NCBI GenBank assembly: GCA_965637545.1
Contig: OZ281494.1
Location: 16,368,001-16,432,000 of the forward strand
DNA from: Phallusia mammillata
Taxonomy: Eukaryota
Length of the DNA stretch: 64,000 bases
Direction of reading: 5' to 3'
Below, in pieces: positions 24,082 through 35,849 of this stretch. Each line of letters begins with the position of its first letter. Position 1 is the first letter of the stretch. The position numbers were made by a program, and so were the translations under genes. The notes beneath the pieces are model-generated. The model was given only the letters and a program-made list of their open reading frames with translations. It was not told where the DNA came from and searched no databases.

Positions 24082-25262
24082 CACTGAATGCGACTAGTAC
24101 AGTGCGCGATAAACAAAGGAAAAAAAGAATGGAACGCAAGCTTTTAACATTCAGGGGAAGCTTTTACCAGCAGGTTCAAGGCACAGCGATGGGTTCCCCG
24201 GTCTCCGTGGTTGTCGCAAACATGACAATGGAAGCGCTTGAGGAAAAAGCCTTATCAACATTTGCTAACCCACCAAGATTCTGGCGGCGATATGTTGACG
24301 ACATTTTTTGTGTCATTGCTAAGAACAAGGTTGAGGCATTTCTACGGCATCTCAACGAGGCGCAACCAGGCATTCAGTTTACCATGGAACTCCAATCGGT
24401 AAACTGTCTTCCATTTTTAGACGTTCAAGTCACAAGAACCGATGACGGTGTCTTGTACTCGAGAGTGTACCACAAGCCAACGAGTACCGGCAGGTATCTC
24501 AATTTTCGATCTCATCACCCCACATACCAGAAAAGAGGGTGGTTTGTTCCCTAAAAGATCAGGCACGACGCTTGTGCACTCATAGCGACGACTGCGAGGC
24601 GGAACTGGCTAAGGTTCGCAAAGCCTTGAAATATAACGGCTACCCCAACTGGATTCTCCGTGATGGACGGGCAACGTGTCCCAAACAGGTGACCCATCCA
24701 AAAACAGAGGGTTTTTGTGACACTTCCGTACATACCGAAATTGACGGATATTCTACGGCGTATGTTGCATGACTTCGGCGTAGCGGTTGGCGTTCAACCT
24801 GCTAATACTCTCCGCAAGCTACTGAGTCACCCGAAAGATCCAATCGACACCCTTGGACAACGTGGTGTTGTATATTCTATTCCCTGCGCCGAGTGTCCGT
24901 TAATATATATCGGGGAGACTGGAAGGTCACACAACACCCGCCGAAAAGAAGAAGTCGGCCCTGTCCAATCACGCGGTATCACAATGCCATCGCATTGATT
25001 TCAATGCGGCGTCTGTTGTGGGCCGGGAGCCTGACTACAGGAAAAGACTATTTCTTGAGTCATGGAATATTCACCAACGGGGCAACACAATAATGAACAT
25101 CAAAACAGACGTGATGCTTCCAGCGTGCTACAGGCACCTGCTTAAAGATTAGAGGGCCAATCATTTGTTATCGCGCGGTGTTTTTTTTGTTGCGTTGTGA
25201 CGTGCTTGCGTTCCATTCTTTTTTTCTTTGTTTATCGTGCACTGTACTAGTCGCATTCAGTG

Positions 25263-25314
25263 TTATTTACCCTGATGAAGACGACCTGTATAGGACGTCG
25301 AAACGTCGGAATAA
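25263..25314 (+). ncRNA. Minimal hammerhead ribozyme in the Penelope-like terminal repeat
   Basis: CTGATGA core (25272-78); stem II GAC..CCT-GTAT-AGG..GTC; GAAAC followed directly by GTC (palindromic ACGT in place of stem III); stem I TTATT..CC / GGAATAA. Confidence 0.8.
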
Positions 25315-25691
25315 AATCATATTTGCCAGAAGAGCTCTTTAAACTTGATACTATGCCTGGCAGCAATAGCTTATATGTACACATTTAAGACAGATTAAAA
25401 AGGCAGAACTTGTAAAATCATTAGAAGCTTTAAATGTAGCATAACTGACATACCGGATCCTTAGATTTTTTCTGCCAGCAAGACCGTAGATATTTTTTTC
25501 GCCTATTAATCATTGATTTCCAACAGATAAATAAACAGGTAGTGGCGAAAACAACTTTTACACTGGTAAGTCGCATTTCATCATTTGTGGTGCAGCAGTT
25601 CGTGGTGGCCAGAAATCAAGTTTAGCAAAACTTTTTTTGTATTACATTGACCTGAACACGTTTCAAAAAGCCCAGACATTTATAAATTCTC

Positions 25692-28600
25692 TTAGTGGCA
25701 TGGTGCTGTTTTCATGTATACAGTTCGCTTGATGTCGACACTCTCATACCCATCATCTCCTGCATATATTAGTTGTGTAGAAACATTTATAAAAGCGTTT
25801 CCAAAAGCATAAATTTTGAAAACAAAAAACGTTATATCGTACAAAGTTGATCAACAAGTGACGTGATAAACAATGTAAAAACTTGACCTTACTAAAAAGC
25901 ATTACTACTTATTCCAGCATACCTTCGGTTTTGTTGGTTACTGCCTCGGAACTGTTTTTCTTTTCGTTTCTGAAAAAACGTTTATTCGTAAGATTGGATA
26001 CGCAGGAGATTTTTTTACGTGCAAGTTCAAATGCAAAGGTCGCCAGGCCTATTAAAGGCGTAATACCGAATCAAGCCGGTCTTCCAGGCATTGCCATATG
26101 GCAAGGAACAGACTAGAAAAATACAGCCTGCGGTGGGATCCGAACCCACGACAGGAGTCGTTCCAGAAGTTGCGTTGTACCAACTGAGCAATACAGGCAC
26201 CGTTGTCTTCTTGTATGCTGTCAGCTACGTGTCAGCTTCGTAGTAGCAAAGGTAATTAAAGTTTATAATAAAACCTGCAACAGATTACCTTTTCCAAAAA
26301 TAATTACGCAGACGAGCACAATAATGAAAGCGATGGCACCTCCAGCAACACCTGCAATTATTCCGATAAAAGCTTGTGGTGTCAAATCTGTAATGACAGA
26401 ATAAATTGTGAGCATTTTAAAGAAGCAATAAACTTATTTCTATCACGTAGTTACTAGTTTCGTTTCCGTTTAAAGTTGTAGTTGTTGGGTGTTGTACAAC
26501 GCAAGAACCAATGTCAACAGGTCCGATAACACGTTCGCAATAAAACATGTACAACTAAAAACAAAATGCATGGTTTCAGTTACAAGACCCGGGGGTTATT
26601 AAAAAGTTTTATTGTTTCTACCTCAAAATTGTAAGTATAGGAGGCAATTTCAGCTAGATTAAGTACTGTAAATCCACTTGAAATGTTTTTGGTTGCTACA
26701 GTAATATTTTCAACCACGCGTTTCAATCTTACCTAGAAAACACGTGATTCAACGGACAAAAATTATCTCAAAAAGACAGAATATTCCAAAAATCGTACAT
26801 GCATCAGTAGCAACATTGGGTGTGTTTAGATTTTTAACAATTTTAGTTTTATTGCGATAGTTTTGTCGGTAAATCTAAACATATTTAGTGTTATGTTTTC
26901 ACATATGTTTTCATTCATTCGACAGGAACCTCGCACCAAATTCTAAAAAAACCTTTTAAGTAGAAATGTTTTCCTGTGCTCAATGAACATTGGGTTTTAA
27001 ACAATAAATTTGTCAGTTCTTACACTTTCTTTCAGCCCATCGCATCACACATTATAAACTCACATTCAGTTTTTTTCTTCTATATAATAGTTCAACTTTA
27101 ATTAAAAGGTTTTATTGGTTTACTTCTAAAACTTACCTGGTAGCCCCTAACTCCTTCACGGTCATTTGATGATGGAATGTAAATGATACATGGTGTTTGT
27201 TTAGCTACTTTGGAACCGACAACAGAGGCAGACGAAAAGGTTTTCACTGTTGTTTGAGCAACAACTAAACGGCAATCAGCAAATCGCGTCGTGAGCTAAC
27301 AAACGGACTACAGTTAAACGGAGTATTTTTGTTGTCTTTTGTCATAAAAACATAAGGTTAGGCTACAAACATAAGCTGAAATATTAACATTATTTGGACA
27401 AATATTGTACTTTTTGAATATACCTGTATTTGGTATGTTGTATCGTATTGTAAACCCTGTAAGGAAGCTGAACCTATTCCAAATGTTGAATTTATTTCTG
27501 CCGTTTGATAACCATCTGTAACAGCTGCCACCTACGTAAATCAATAAATTTGTTAGTGAAAATGCAAGCAACGTTTTTGAAACAAAAATTTGACATGCAC
27601 GAAAATAAGACCTCCACTGGTGTATTGCTCTGTTGTATTAACGGAACATACTTGGTTGACCAATTTACTCGAATGGTGTCAGGGTTACAAGTGGAAGGCT
27701 GGTCATCAATCGAAACTGAAAAGAATTGTTTCAAGTCAACCACCAACGCCATAACAAGAACATACGTTTTTTCACATAATGACATTTCAACATTATTCTG
27801 GTATAGCACTTTGACATAACTTACATTGATACTGACAGGCGTAATACCCGTATACACCAGTACACTGTTTTGCGGTGTCCATCCATGTATGCTCATACTG
27901 CATTGCGTTCTGGATGCAATTCGCAGAACCAAGTTGGGTTGCTGCATTGGTTTCTACAAACACTCTAAAAACTAAAATAAAATCACGTGTTATATTATTT
28001 TAAACAGTTCTGTTAAACTAAAACATCCGTTGATTAAGACCTTGTGAATTTAGTTTTACCTTACCAGGTAAGAACAAAGATTCCCATCTTCTATGGTACG
28101 GCATAAAATTGTTGTCTGTGCTTTCCAACATCGAAGAATAATCGTTTGCTCGGTAATTAAAAACTTCCATAAATTTTTTAACATCTCTCCCATTTCCGCC
28201 ATATAAAAGAAATGCTTGCATCCAGCCTGGCGCAGAATTTCTTTGTTACAATGATTGGTAAAGTTGCAAAATAGACTCACCTTTTAAAAAAAATAGACTC
28301 ACCTTTTTCATCATTGCATGTTGTTTTTGATGTTATCCACCACCTTTTATTTTGTACATCGTCTTTAGTTTTGAAAATCTTACCGGTTTTAATCCATCAT
28401 TATTTCTGTAAGAATGGTAGCATGTTATGATGTCTGTGGTAATTTTACAATTAATTGCTTACGTTTTATACAAATGAATAACTTTTGTGTAATTCTGGGG
28501 TTGCGTGGTAAAATATCCCAGTTTTGCTCCACCAATGTTTGATATCCATACTTTCTGTGCATCTACAAATAAACAAAATCAATCTACTTATTTCTTGCGA

Positions 28601-28937
28601 AAAAAACCTGATTTCAATTATTTCAGCGTTTACACCAACCTCCTAAATAAACTTCAGTCGAAGTGCTAACAAGTTTGTCACGAACGATTGGATTGGAAAT
28701 GTTGGCGATTCGACCTCCATTTCCAGCACATATTAATTTTGCTGTGTTAGCATCAAAAACTTCACTTGACAAACGAAACACTTCATTTTCTACACCGAAC
28801 ACTGACTTACAAGTTTCTGGTGAAACAAATAATTAGTTTACTTATTTGCTTAAATAAAACTTAATTTAAATTTTAGAAGTTATACCTTGAGCATTAGCCC
28901 CATAAATTAAAATTAACAAAAGCAGAGAGATTTGCAT
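25692..28937 (-). pseudogene. Gene Z: P/Y-type ectodomain + TM + shortened Tyr tail; one 1-nt deletion in exon 4
   Basis: Signal MQISLLLLILIYGANAQG; 14 exons homologous to Y2. Exon 4 (28303-28405) is 103 nt versus 104 nt in Y1, giving TAA at 28333-35. Tail GDDGYESVDIKRTVYMKTAPCH*. The deletion could be a sequencing error. Confidence 0.75.
26126..26198 (-). mobile_element. tRNA-derived SINE head in a Z intron (insertion extends to ~26035)
   Basis: A-box TTGCTCAGTTGG, B-box GGTTCGGATCC, perfect T-arm GTGGG/CCCAC, partial acceptor stem GCCTG/CAGGC, broken D and anticodon arms; absent from the Y2 intron. Confidence 0.7.
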
Positions 28938-29099
28938 TGCACCTGTTTCGTTTTGTTCGAAATCTATCGCCTTAGACTCTTACCTATACACATAACAAGG
29001 AAATGTGGTTGTAAAGAGTTTTCGGCTAGACCGTAAAGCCTTAATAACTTTGATTGTTTAGTGCTGCTGCATGCGTCACATTTTGCAACTTTCTCTGTA

Positions 29100-30668
29100 C
29101 ATGCTATTTCGAAGGCATTAGTTGCCTCGCGTCATCGAACAACAAATCATTATTTTTTGTGCGTCACTTTCATAGACGCGAACGAAAGGGGAATGGACAA
29201 AGTTCGCACCTTTTTCATTGCCCTTTTACTCTTTAAGAAACCTTTTCATCTTAAACCTATAACATTACATTTGTAACCGGGAAGAACGGGCATAACGAAT
29301 ACTCAGGACTGAGACGTCAAACGTTGGTCCTGGAAAGTTATATCACACGCTTGATGGTAACTTGGAACAAAGACGACCACTCTTAGTGACGAACTGTGTT
29401 ATATGAAAGCGATAAAAAGCACATGGGCTCATCAAATGGGTTTTGCGAAACTTTTACATTACAACTGTAAAACCTTGTTTCTGTATTGCGGTAACCCCCG
29501 ATTTGGCCCCACAGGTAAAAAATCTCTTTCTTAAAATAGTGTTTTTCAACTTTTGCGTCACAACCTCCAAGGCAAATTGCATTATCCGCAAGTGTGTTTT
29601 TGTTTCAACTACTTTTTATCAGTATTTTTGACTTACAACGGATTTTAAGAGAAAAAATGCCAATTAATGTGCCTTTGCTAGAAAAACCTCTTTTTTACAC
29701 CCGTGTTTTTTAAATATGTTTAAGTGCAATAAATAAAATTTTGTCAAACGGTAAATGCGTGGGAGGCTTTATGTGTTTGCTTTAACTGACCGAATAGTGT
29801 GTTTGAAGGGTGTTTTTGGTTAAAATTATAAAAATATTCACCAAAAGATTTCAGCATTTTTTTTTTCAATTTTCTATGGTAAGTTTTTAAAATGATGTGG
29901 TATACAGTCAACATTGTATAGACATAGTTCTCTGTTTAGAATAACTTTACAGTTACAGTTTTATAATTCTATTACTTTAAGAAGTCTTTCTTCTAGTAGT
30001 AATTCGCTATATGATAAACGCCAGGAACAAAAAAAAAAACTGTAATAACACCAACAAATGATCAGAATTTCTTACTGCAGAATGGGAATTGGCCAAAAAC
30101 GAGCTTTGTGATTCAATTAAACCTTCTACAACGTTTCCTACATGCTCTTTCGAAGGCATTAGTTGCCCCGCGTCATCGAACAACAAATCATTATTATATG
30201 GTGCGTCACTTTCATAGACGCAAACGAACGATAGAAGTGGCAAAGTTTGTACCTGTCTTCATTGCTCTTACTGTTTTTTTTAAGGAACCTAACTCAGCAG
30301 TGAAGAAATTGTCTCTGATGAATAAATGGCTGCGTAACATGAAAGCGATAAAAAACACACCATCGCAAAATAAGTCGGGCTTATAAAGTACATTTTGCGA
30401 AACAGTTACATTACAGCTGCAAAAATCTTGTTTTTGTATTGCGGTTGCACCGGTTTTTGTCACACAGGCAAAAATCTCTCTCTTAAAATAATGTTTTTCA
30501 TCTTTTGCGTCACAACCTCAAAGGCAAATTGCATAATCTGCAAATGTGTTTGTTTTTTGTTTCAAACACTTTTTATCAGTATTTTTGACGGATTTTAGGA
30601 GAAAACAAAGTGCCAATTAATGTGCTTTTTGCTGGAAAACCCTTTTTACGCCCGCTTTTTTAAATATG
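29100..30668. repeat. Direct duplication of the upstream regulatory block of Z (29100-29718 vs 30141-30668)
   Basis: Colinear sequence beginning CATGCT.TTTCGAAGGCATTAGTTGCC and containing several TGCGTCA motifs. Confidence 0.85.
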
Positions 30669-30893
30669 AATTTCTTACTGCAGAAAGGGATATATTTAGT
30701 GCAAGCAGTTATGATTCCACATTGGCCAAAATCCAGCTTTATGATTCAACTGCTGCGAATCAAATTAAATACACTTTTTACGACCATAAAGTAATGTGGC
30801 TTCTGTTGTGCTGAGTTTTAGTGTTTGTGTTGGAGTTAGTAAGTTGTTGCCATGAAGTGAAAAAGCTCAAGACTTTATTCCAATAGGTTAAGC

Positions 30894-31680
30894 CAGTGGT
30901 TCTCAAACTGTGCGTCGCGACGCCCTGGTGCGTCGTTTCAATTTTCCAAGGGCGTCGCAGAATATTTCCGTTTCGTGGCTGAACTCAGTTAATCTCATAA
31001 AAATGAGGTTTCAGTGCGGTTGACGTTCATCTACGTCCAAATACTTTTTGCGTAGAGTGCGGATTGACGTAAATTTACCCCAAAGGTTTTGATCAAAGAT
31101 GCGGCTGTCCGTTAATGTACGGCGAGACCAAACAGTACAAGCAGCAAGTGCGTGATAGGCGCGTGTCTGGGGCGACACTTGGCGGGCATTAAACTTGATT
31201 ATGTGAACGGAGTCTCGCTTCTTAACAATGTAACAAAGACGACTTTTGTAGCAAAGGCTTGAGGTAGTTATAACGTATAATTGTTAGCAAAGTTTAAAGT
31301 AATTATTGTGCATGAGTTGCAGCAGTAAATTTTTGTGCATCAGTTTATATTGTGCGTAGGTTGAAACATTACTTTCAATGTAATTCGTTATTGATGCTGT
31401 TAAAGCCTTGTAGCAGACAAGACAATGCAATTGTGCACAATAATTGAAACAATTAACAAAAGCCCGCACGTGATTGCCGGGTGCACTGAAAGTGTTGAGT
31501 GCAGTTTTATAACTCTGTCGAAAAACAGTTTGGCTAAAATTGTTCTCTAAGTGCTGTTTAATAGATTTAAATTAACTGTTTATTGATAAGTTTCCTCATT
31601 AACTTTTATTTGATGGTGCGTCGGAAGTCCAGAAAACTTTTCCAGAGGCGTCGCAACAAAAAAAAGTTTGAGAACCACTG
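30894..31680. mobile_element. hAT (Charlie-type) non-autonomous element
   Basis: TIR CAGTGGTTCTCAAAC / GTTTGAGAACCACTG; TSD GGTTAAGC/GTTTAAGC (7/8). Confidence 0.9.
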
Positions 31681-32572
31681 GTTTAAGCATTTTCAGATAT
31701 GCCTTGCTTACGATCGCGTGCCAGCTCAAGCCATGACTAATCAGTTTCCTTCTCTGCCTTACCTGAAGTTTCCAGTCAGTGACGCATAGAGCTATTCAGG
31801 GTTATCAGCAGGTCACCCAGTGCAAAGTTTTATTTACAAGTGTTTTTGCACTTTATCAACATCAAGTGGTATTTTTTTAAATCGCTGCAACATGTGTATT
31901 CAAACTTTTAGAATAGTGGTTTCCAATCGATTTGTAGTCACCCTTTTTATATCTTCTTAATCTGCGGACCCCCAACGTAATTTATTTTACGTTTCTTGAA
32001 TTATACGTTATTACGCTTTTGAAGCATTTTAATCCACTCGCACAGTACTTTAATTTCAATTTTTAATTTTCTGTACAGTGACAGTCAACGCAACAAAGCG
32101 ATTACATACATATCAATGCTATAAATATGCAAATATGATAATTTACTTTACATTTAAACATTAGTTAACAATTAGATAGTGGAAAACGTGATTAAAATGA
32201 TATACTGCCATTCAATTAGGCAAGTATTAAACAGTAATTTGTGAAAACATGAAAAAAACATGAGATGCCTCAGTTCATCTGTGGTTAATGCGTGAATCAC
32301 AAAAATGCAAATATTAGTGTGTTAAGTTGAAGAGAAGAGCTGACATGTCTCTACTAATATATCATTTTAAACATAGATAAAAAAATTAAGTGTACCCTAG
32401 ATATAGTATCTAATCTAAGAGCACAATCGGATAGCATTTTGACAAAAATTCTTGATCTTTTAAAAAAATGATAAATCTTATTCGTATCAGCACTAGGTTC
32501 AATATTCGCAAACATTTTTGGTGCAGCAGTTTGTGGTGGCCAAAAATAAAGTTTGGCAATGGTTGGCATTCT

Positions 32573-35500
32573 TCATAAAGTGAGGTTTTCGTAAGCTGAT
32601 ACTTTTTTCGGATCTTCGTAGTGATGAACAGTGTCTGCAATGTTTTAAAATATACGTATTGCATTCACTGATCCGATTACTTTTAAAAAGTTTAAAGATT
32701 TTGTTATTACCTTCGTGGCATGGTGCTGTGTTAATGTACACAGGTTCCCTAATGTCTACAGTCTCATACCCACCATCTCCTGCATATAAAGTTGTGTAAA
32801 CACAGTTTTAAATGCAATTTTAGAACAAAACACTTTTTAAAAACAGAAAAAGTGGAATTGTGTCAGAAAATGGTGTAAAAAGCGAATACAAAGAATACAA
32901 AAAACCTTCACCTAAAAGCATCACTACTTATTCCGTACCTTCTGTATTGTAAGTAGCTGCCTGAGAACTGTTTTTCTTTCTGTTTCTGAAAAAATGTTTA
33001 TCAATTTATTGTAAGATTGGATATGCAGTACATTGTTTTTCGTGCAAGTATTTATATTTATATTTTAACCTAAATATATTACCTTTTCCAAAAGATGATT
33101 ACACAGACCAGCACAAGAATAAGAGCGATGGCACCTCCAGCTACACCTGCGATTATTCCGATGGGTGCTTCCCCGTTTTCTTGCGATATTAATTCTGATT
33201 ATAAATATATTGTGGGCGTTTTCAAGATCCAAAAACCGTAGAAACTATTCAGTTACCACACTTTCTTTTACTTTGATTTGTTGTCGTAGTTTGAACAGTT
33301 GTTGGGTGACGTACAACACAAAAACCAATTTCAACAGGACCTATAGTTCGCGTGCAATGTATCACGTACAGCTAAAGCCAAATGCAGATTTAGTTACAAA
33401 ACCTGTAAATAGGATGTTTATATGTTTACCTGAAATGTGTAGGTGTAGGGTACAAGTCCAGTCAAACTAAGTACTGTGTGTCCACTTGAAACATTTTGTG
33501 TTGCTATAGTATCATTTTCACCAATACGATTGAATCTCACCTAGATAATTCGAGATTAGTGTTGTAGGACTGCAGGAGAAAAAAGCTTTTAGCTTGAAAA
33601 AAATAACAACTTTGTGTCGACCATTTGTGACCACTTTTTGAAACCCGAAATTTCCTTGCAGAAAAAAATGCTTTCTGCAATCTTTCAAAAACATTTATGT
33701 AGTACACATACGGTTGGTTTTACTTAAACAATTATAATAAAATGCATTGCGAATGTATCAAATCTCAAAATATTCTTGAAGGTATACGACGACATACCTG
33801 GTAACCGTTGACTCCTTTACGATTATTTAATGATGGAATGTAAAGGGTACATGGTGTTTGTTTTGTTATATTGGCACCGATCACCGATACAGGCGAAGAG
33901 GTTTCCACTGTCGTTTGGGCAACAACTGTTTCGCATCCTGCAACTCGCGTCGTGAGCTATCGTAAACAAATAACAAGTAAAAATATATTGTATACAAGTT
34001 CTGTTAAAAATTGGTTAAAATATTTACACCACTTTAATTTGAAGATATATAATTTTTTGAAGATATACTGTATACCTCAATTCGGTAAATTGTGTTGTAT
34101 TGTAATCCTCCGATTGAAGTTGAACCCGTCTCAAATAATGTATTCGTTACAGTCGAGTGATTGGTTGAGACAGCTTTCACCTGTAAGTAAAGCAATTGAT
34201 AAAAAAGCAGAAAAACTAGTTTCAAAGAATAAAATTTAGGAACTGTGGACAAATAATTTACCTGCACTGGTGTATTGCTTTGTTGTTTTAGCGGAACATA
34301 GTTGGTTGTCCAGTTTACTCGAATGGTGTCAGGGTTGCAAGTAGAAGGGCGGGCGTTTACTGTAACTAAAAGCAAGCAAATTTAATAAAAGAACGCTCGA
34401 AGTTTGAAAAACTTATATGTTGAGCAACTTATATGAAAGAAACGGCAAGCACTGTCTTCAGCAGCTTTTTTTCGATAACTACTAATTGAGTAAACAATAT
34501 TAGGAACTGAGGATACGTAAAACAAATTAGCTAACTGTAACTTACAACCATCGATTATATATTATTATACGTCTTGCAAACAAACACCAGACAGAAGATT
34601 GTTTCGGGGATTCGCAAGAAAAGGGTTTAAGACCACTGTATCACAGCGTAGGTAAGTATTATCTTTAGTATCATGGTTCATTGTAACTTACATTCTAACT
34701 GACACGCATAATACCCATATACACCAGCACACTTCTTTGAGGTGTCTACCCAAGCTTGTCTATATTGCAGTGCGCTTTGCATGCAATCCGCTGAATCAGG
34801 CTGTGTTGCTTGATAAGTTTCCACAAAAACTCTAAAAACTGAAGAAAAAAACAATTATTTTATTTTAGATGTTTTAAATTTATTACTAAAGAGTTTCAAC
34901 AAAACAATTGTGAGTTGTATTCACCATAACGCTAAGATCTTTTCTACTCTTGAACTTACCAGGTAAGAACAAAGATTCCCATCTTCTATAATACGGCATC
35001 GAATTGTTGTCTGTGCTTTTCAACATCGAAGAATGATCGTTTGCTCGGTAATTAAAAACTTCCTTAAATTTTGTTACATCATTCCCTGTTCCACCATACA
35101 AAGCAAATCCCTGAGACCATCCTGGCGCAGAAAATTTTTGTTGCAAAAATAGGCGGTTTTCAAAACGTGTTATAATTCACCTCCTTCATCATTGCAATTT
35201 GTTTTTGATGTTATCCACCACCTTTTATTTTGTATGTGGTCCTGTATTCTGCAAAATTTTACCAGCTTCAATCCCGTACCACTTCTGTAACAATGGTAAC
35301 TTGTTATGATGTCTGTAGTAATTTTAACTTAATGCTTACGTTTTATACAAATGAATAACTTTTGTAAAGTTCTGGGGTTGCGTGGTAAAATACCCCAGTT
35401 TTGCTCCACCAATGTTTGATATCCATACATTCTGTACATCTACAAATAATCATGAAATAATATGATTCTACAAATAATACAAATAAAACAATTTACGCCT

Positions 35501-35849
35501 TGTTTGTTAAGGGCGACAGAACAACCTGATTTCAACTATTTAAGCGTCTACACCAACCTCCTAAATACATTTTAGTTGCAGTGCTGATGAGGCTTTCACG
35601 AACGGTTGGATTGGAAATATTGGCAATTCGACCTCCTTTTCCAGCACATCTTAATTTTGCTGTGTTTCCATCGACAACTTCTGTTGACAATTTGAACACA
35701 TGATTTCCAACACTGAACCCGGAGTTGCACGTTTCTGGTGAAGCAAATGATTAGTTTACTTATTTTCTTAATAAAACCTAATTTAAGTTTGATATACCTT
35801 GAGCATGTGCCCCATAACCTATCATTAACAAAAGCAGAAGGATTTCCAT
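32573..35849 (-). CDS. Gene Y2: 15-exon receptor with P-type ectodomain and TM but a short multi-tyrosine tail
   Basis: Signal MEILLLLLMIGYGAHAQG; QPD at 34795-34803; TM exon 33083-33194 [25 protein letters not shown]; tail RNRKKNSSQAATYNTEGDGGYETVDIREPVYINTAPCHEDTVHHYEDPKKVSAYENLTL*. All junctions are phase-compatible. Confidence 0.88.

Larger units (their letters stand above)
24001..25376 (+). mobile_element. 5'-truncated, frameshifted Penelope-like retroelement (RT + GIY-YIG endonuclease) with an inverted terminal repeat
   Basis: RT motifs GTAMGSP, RYVDD, LPFLDV, VYHKPT; GIY-YIG VVYSIPC..C...YIGETGR; 13-bp TSD GTACACATTTAAG (23988-24000, 25377-25389); 24001-24141 is the inverted copy of 25204-25343. 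Confidence 0.93.

Noticed and set aside
26126-26198. Functional tRNA gene
   Set aside because: D-arm and anticodon arm do not pair; it is followed by extra body sequence and is an insertion relative to the Y2 intron.
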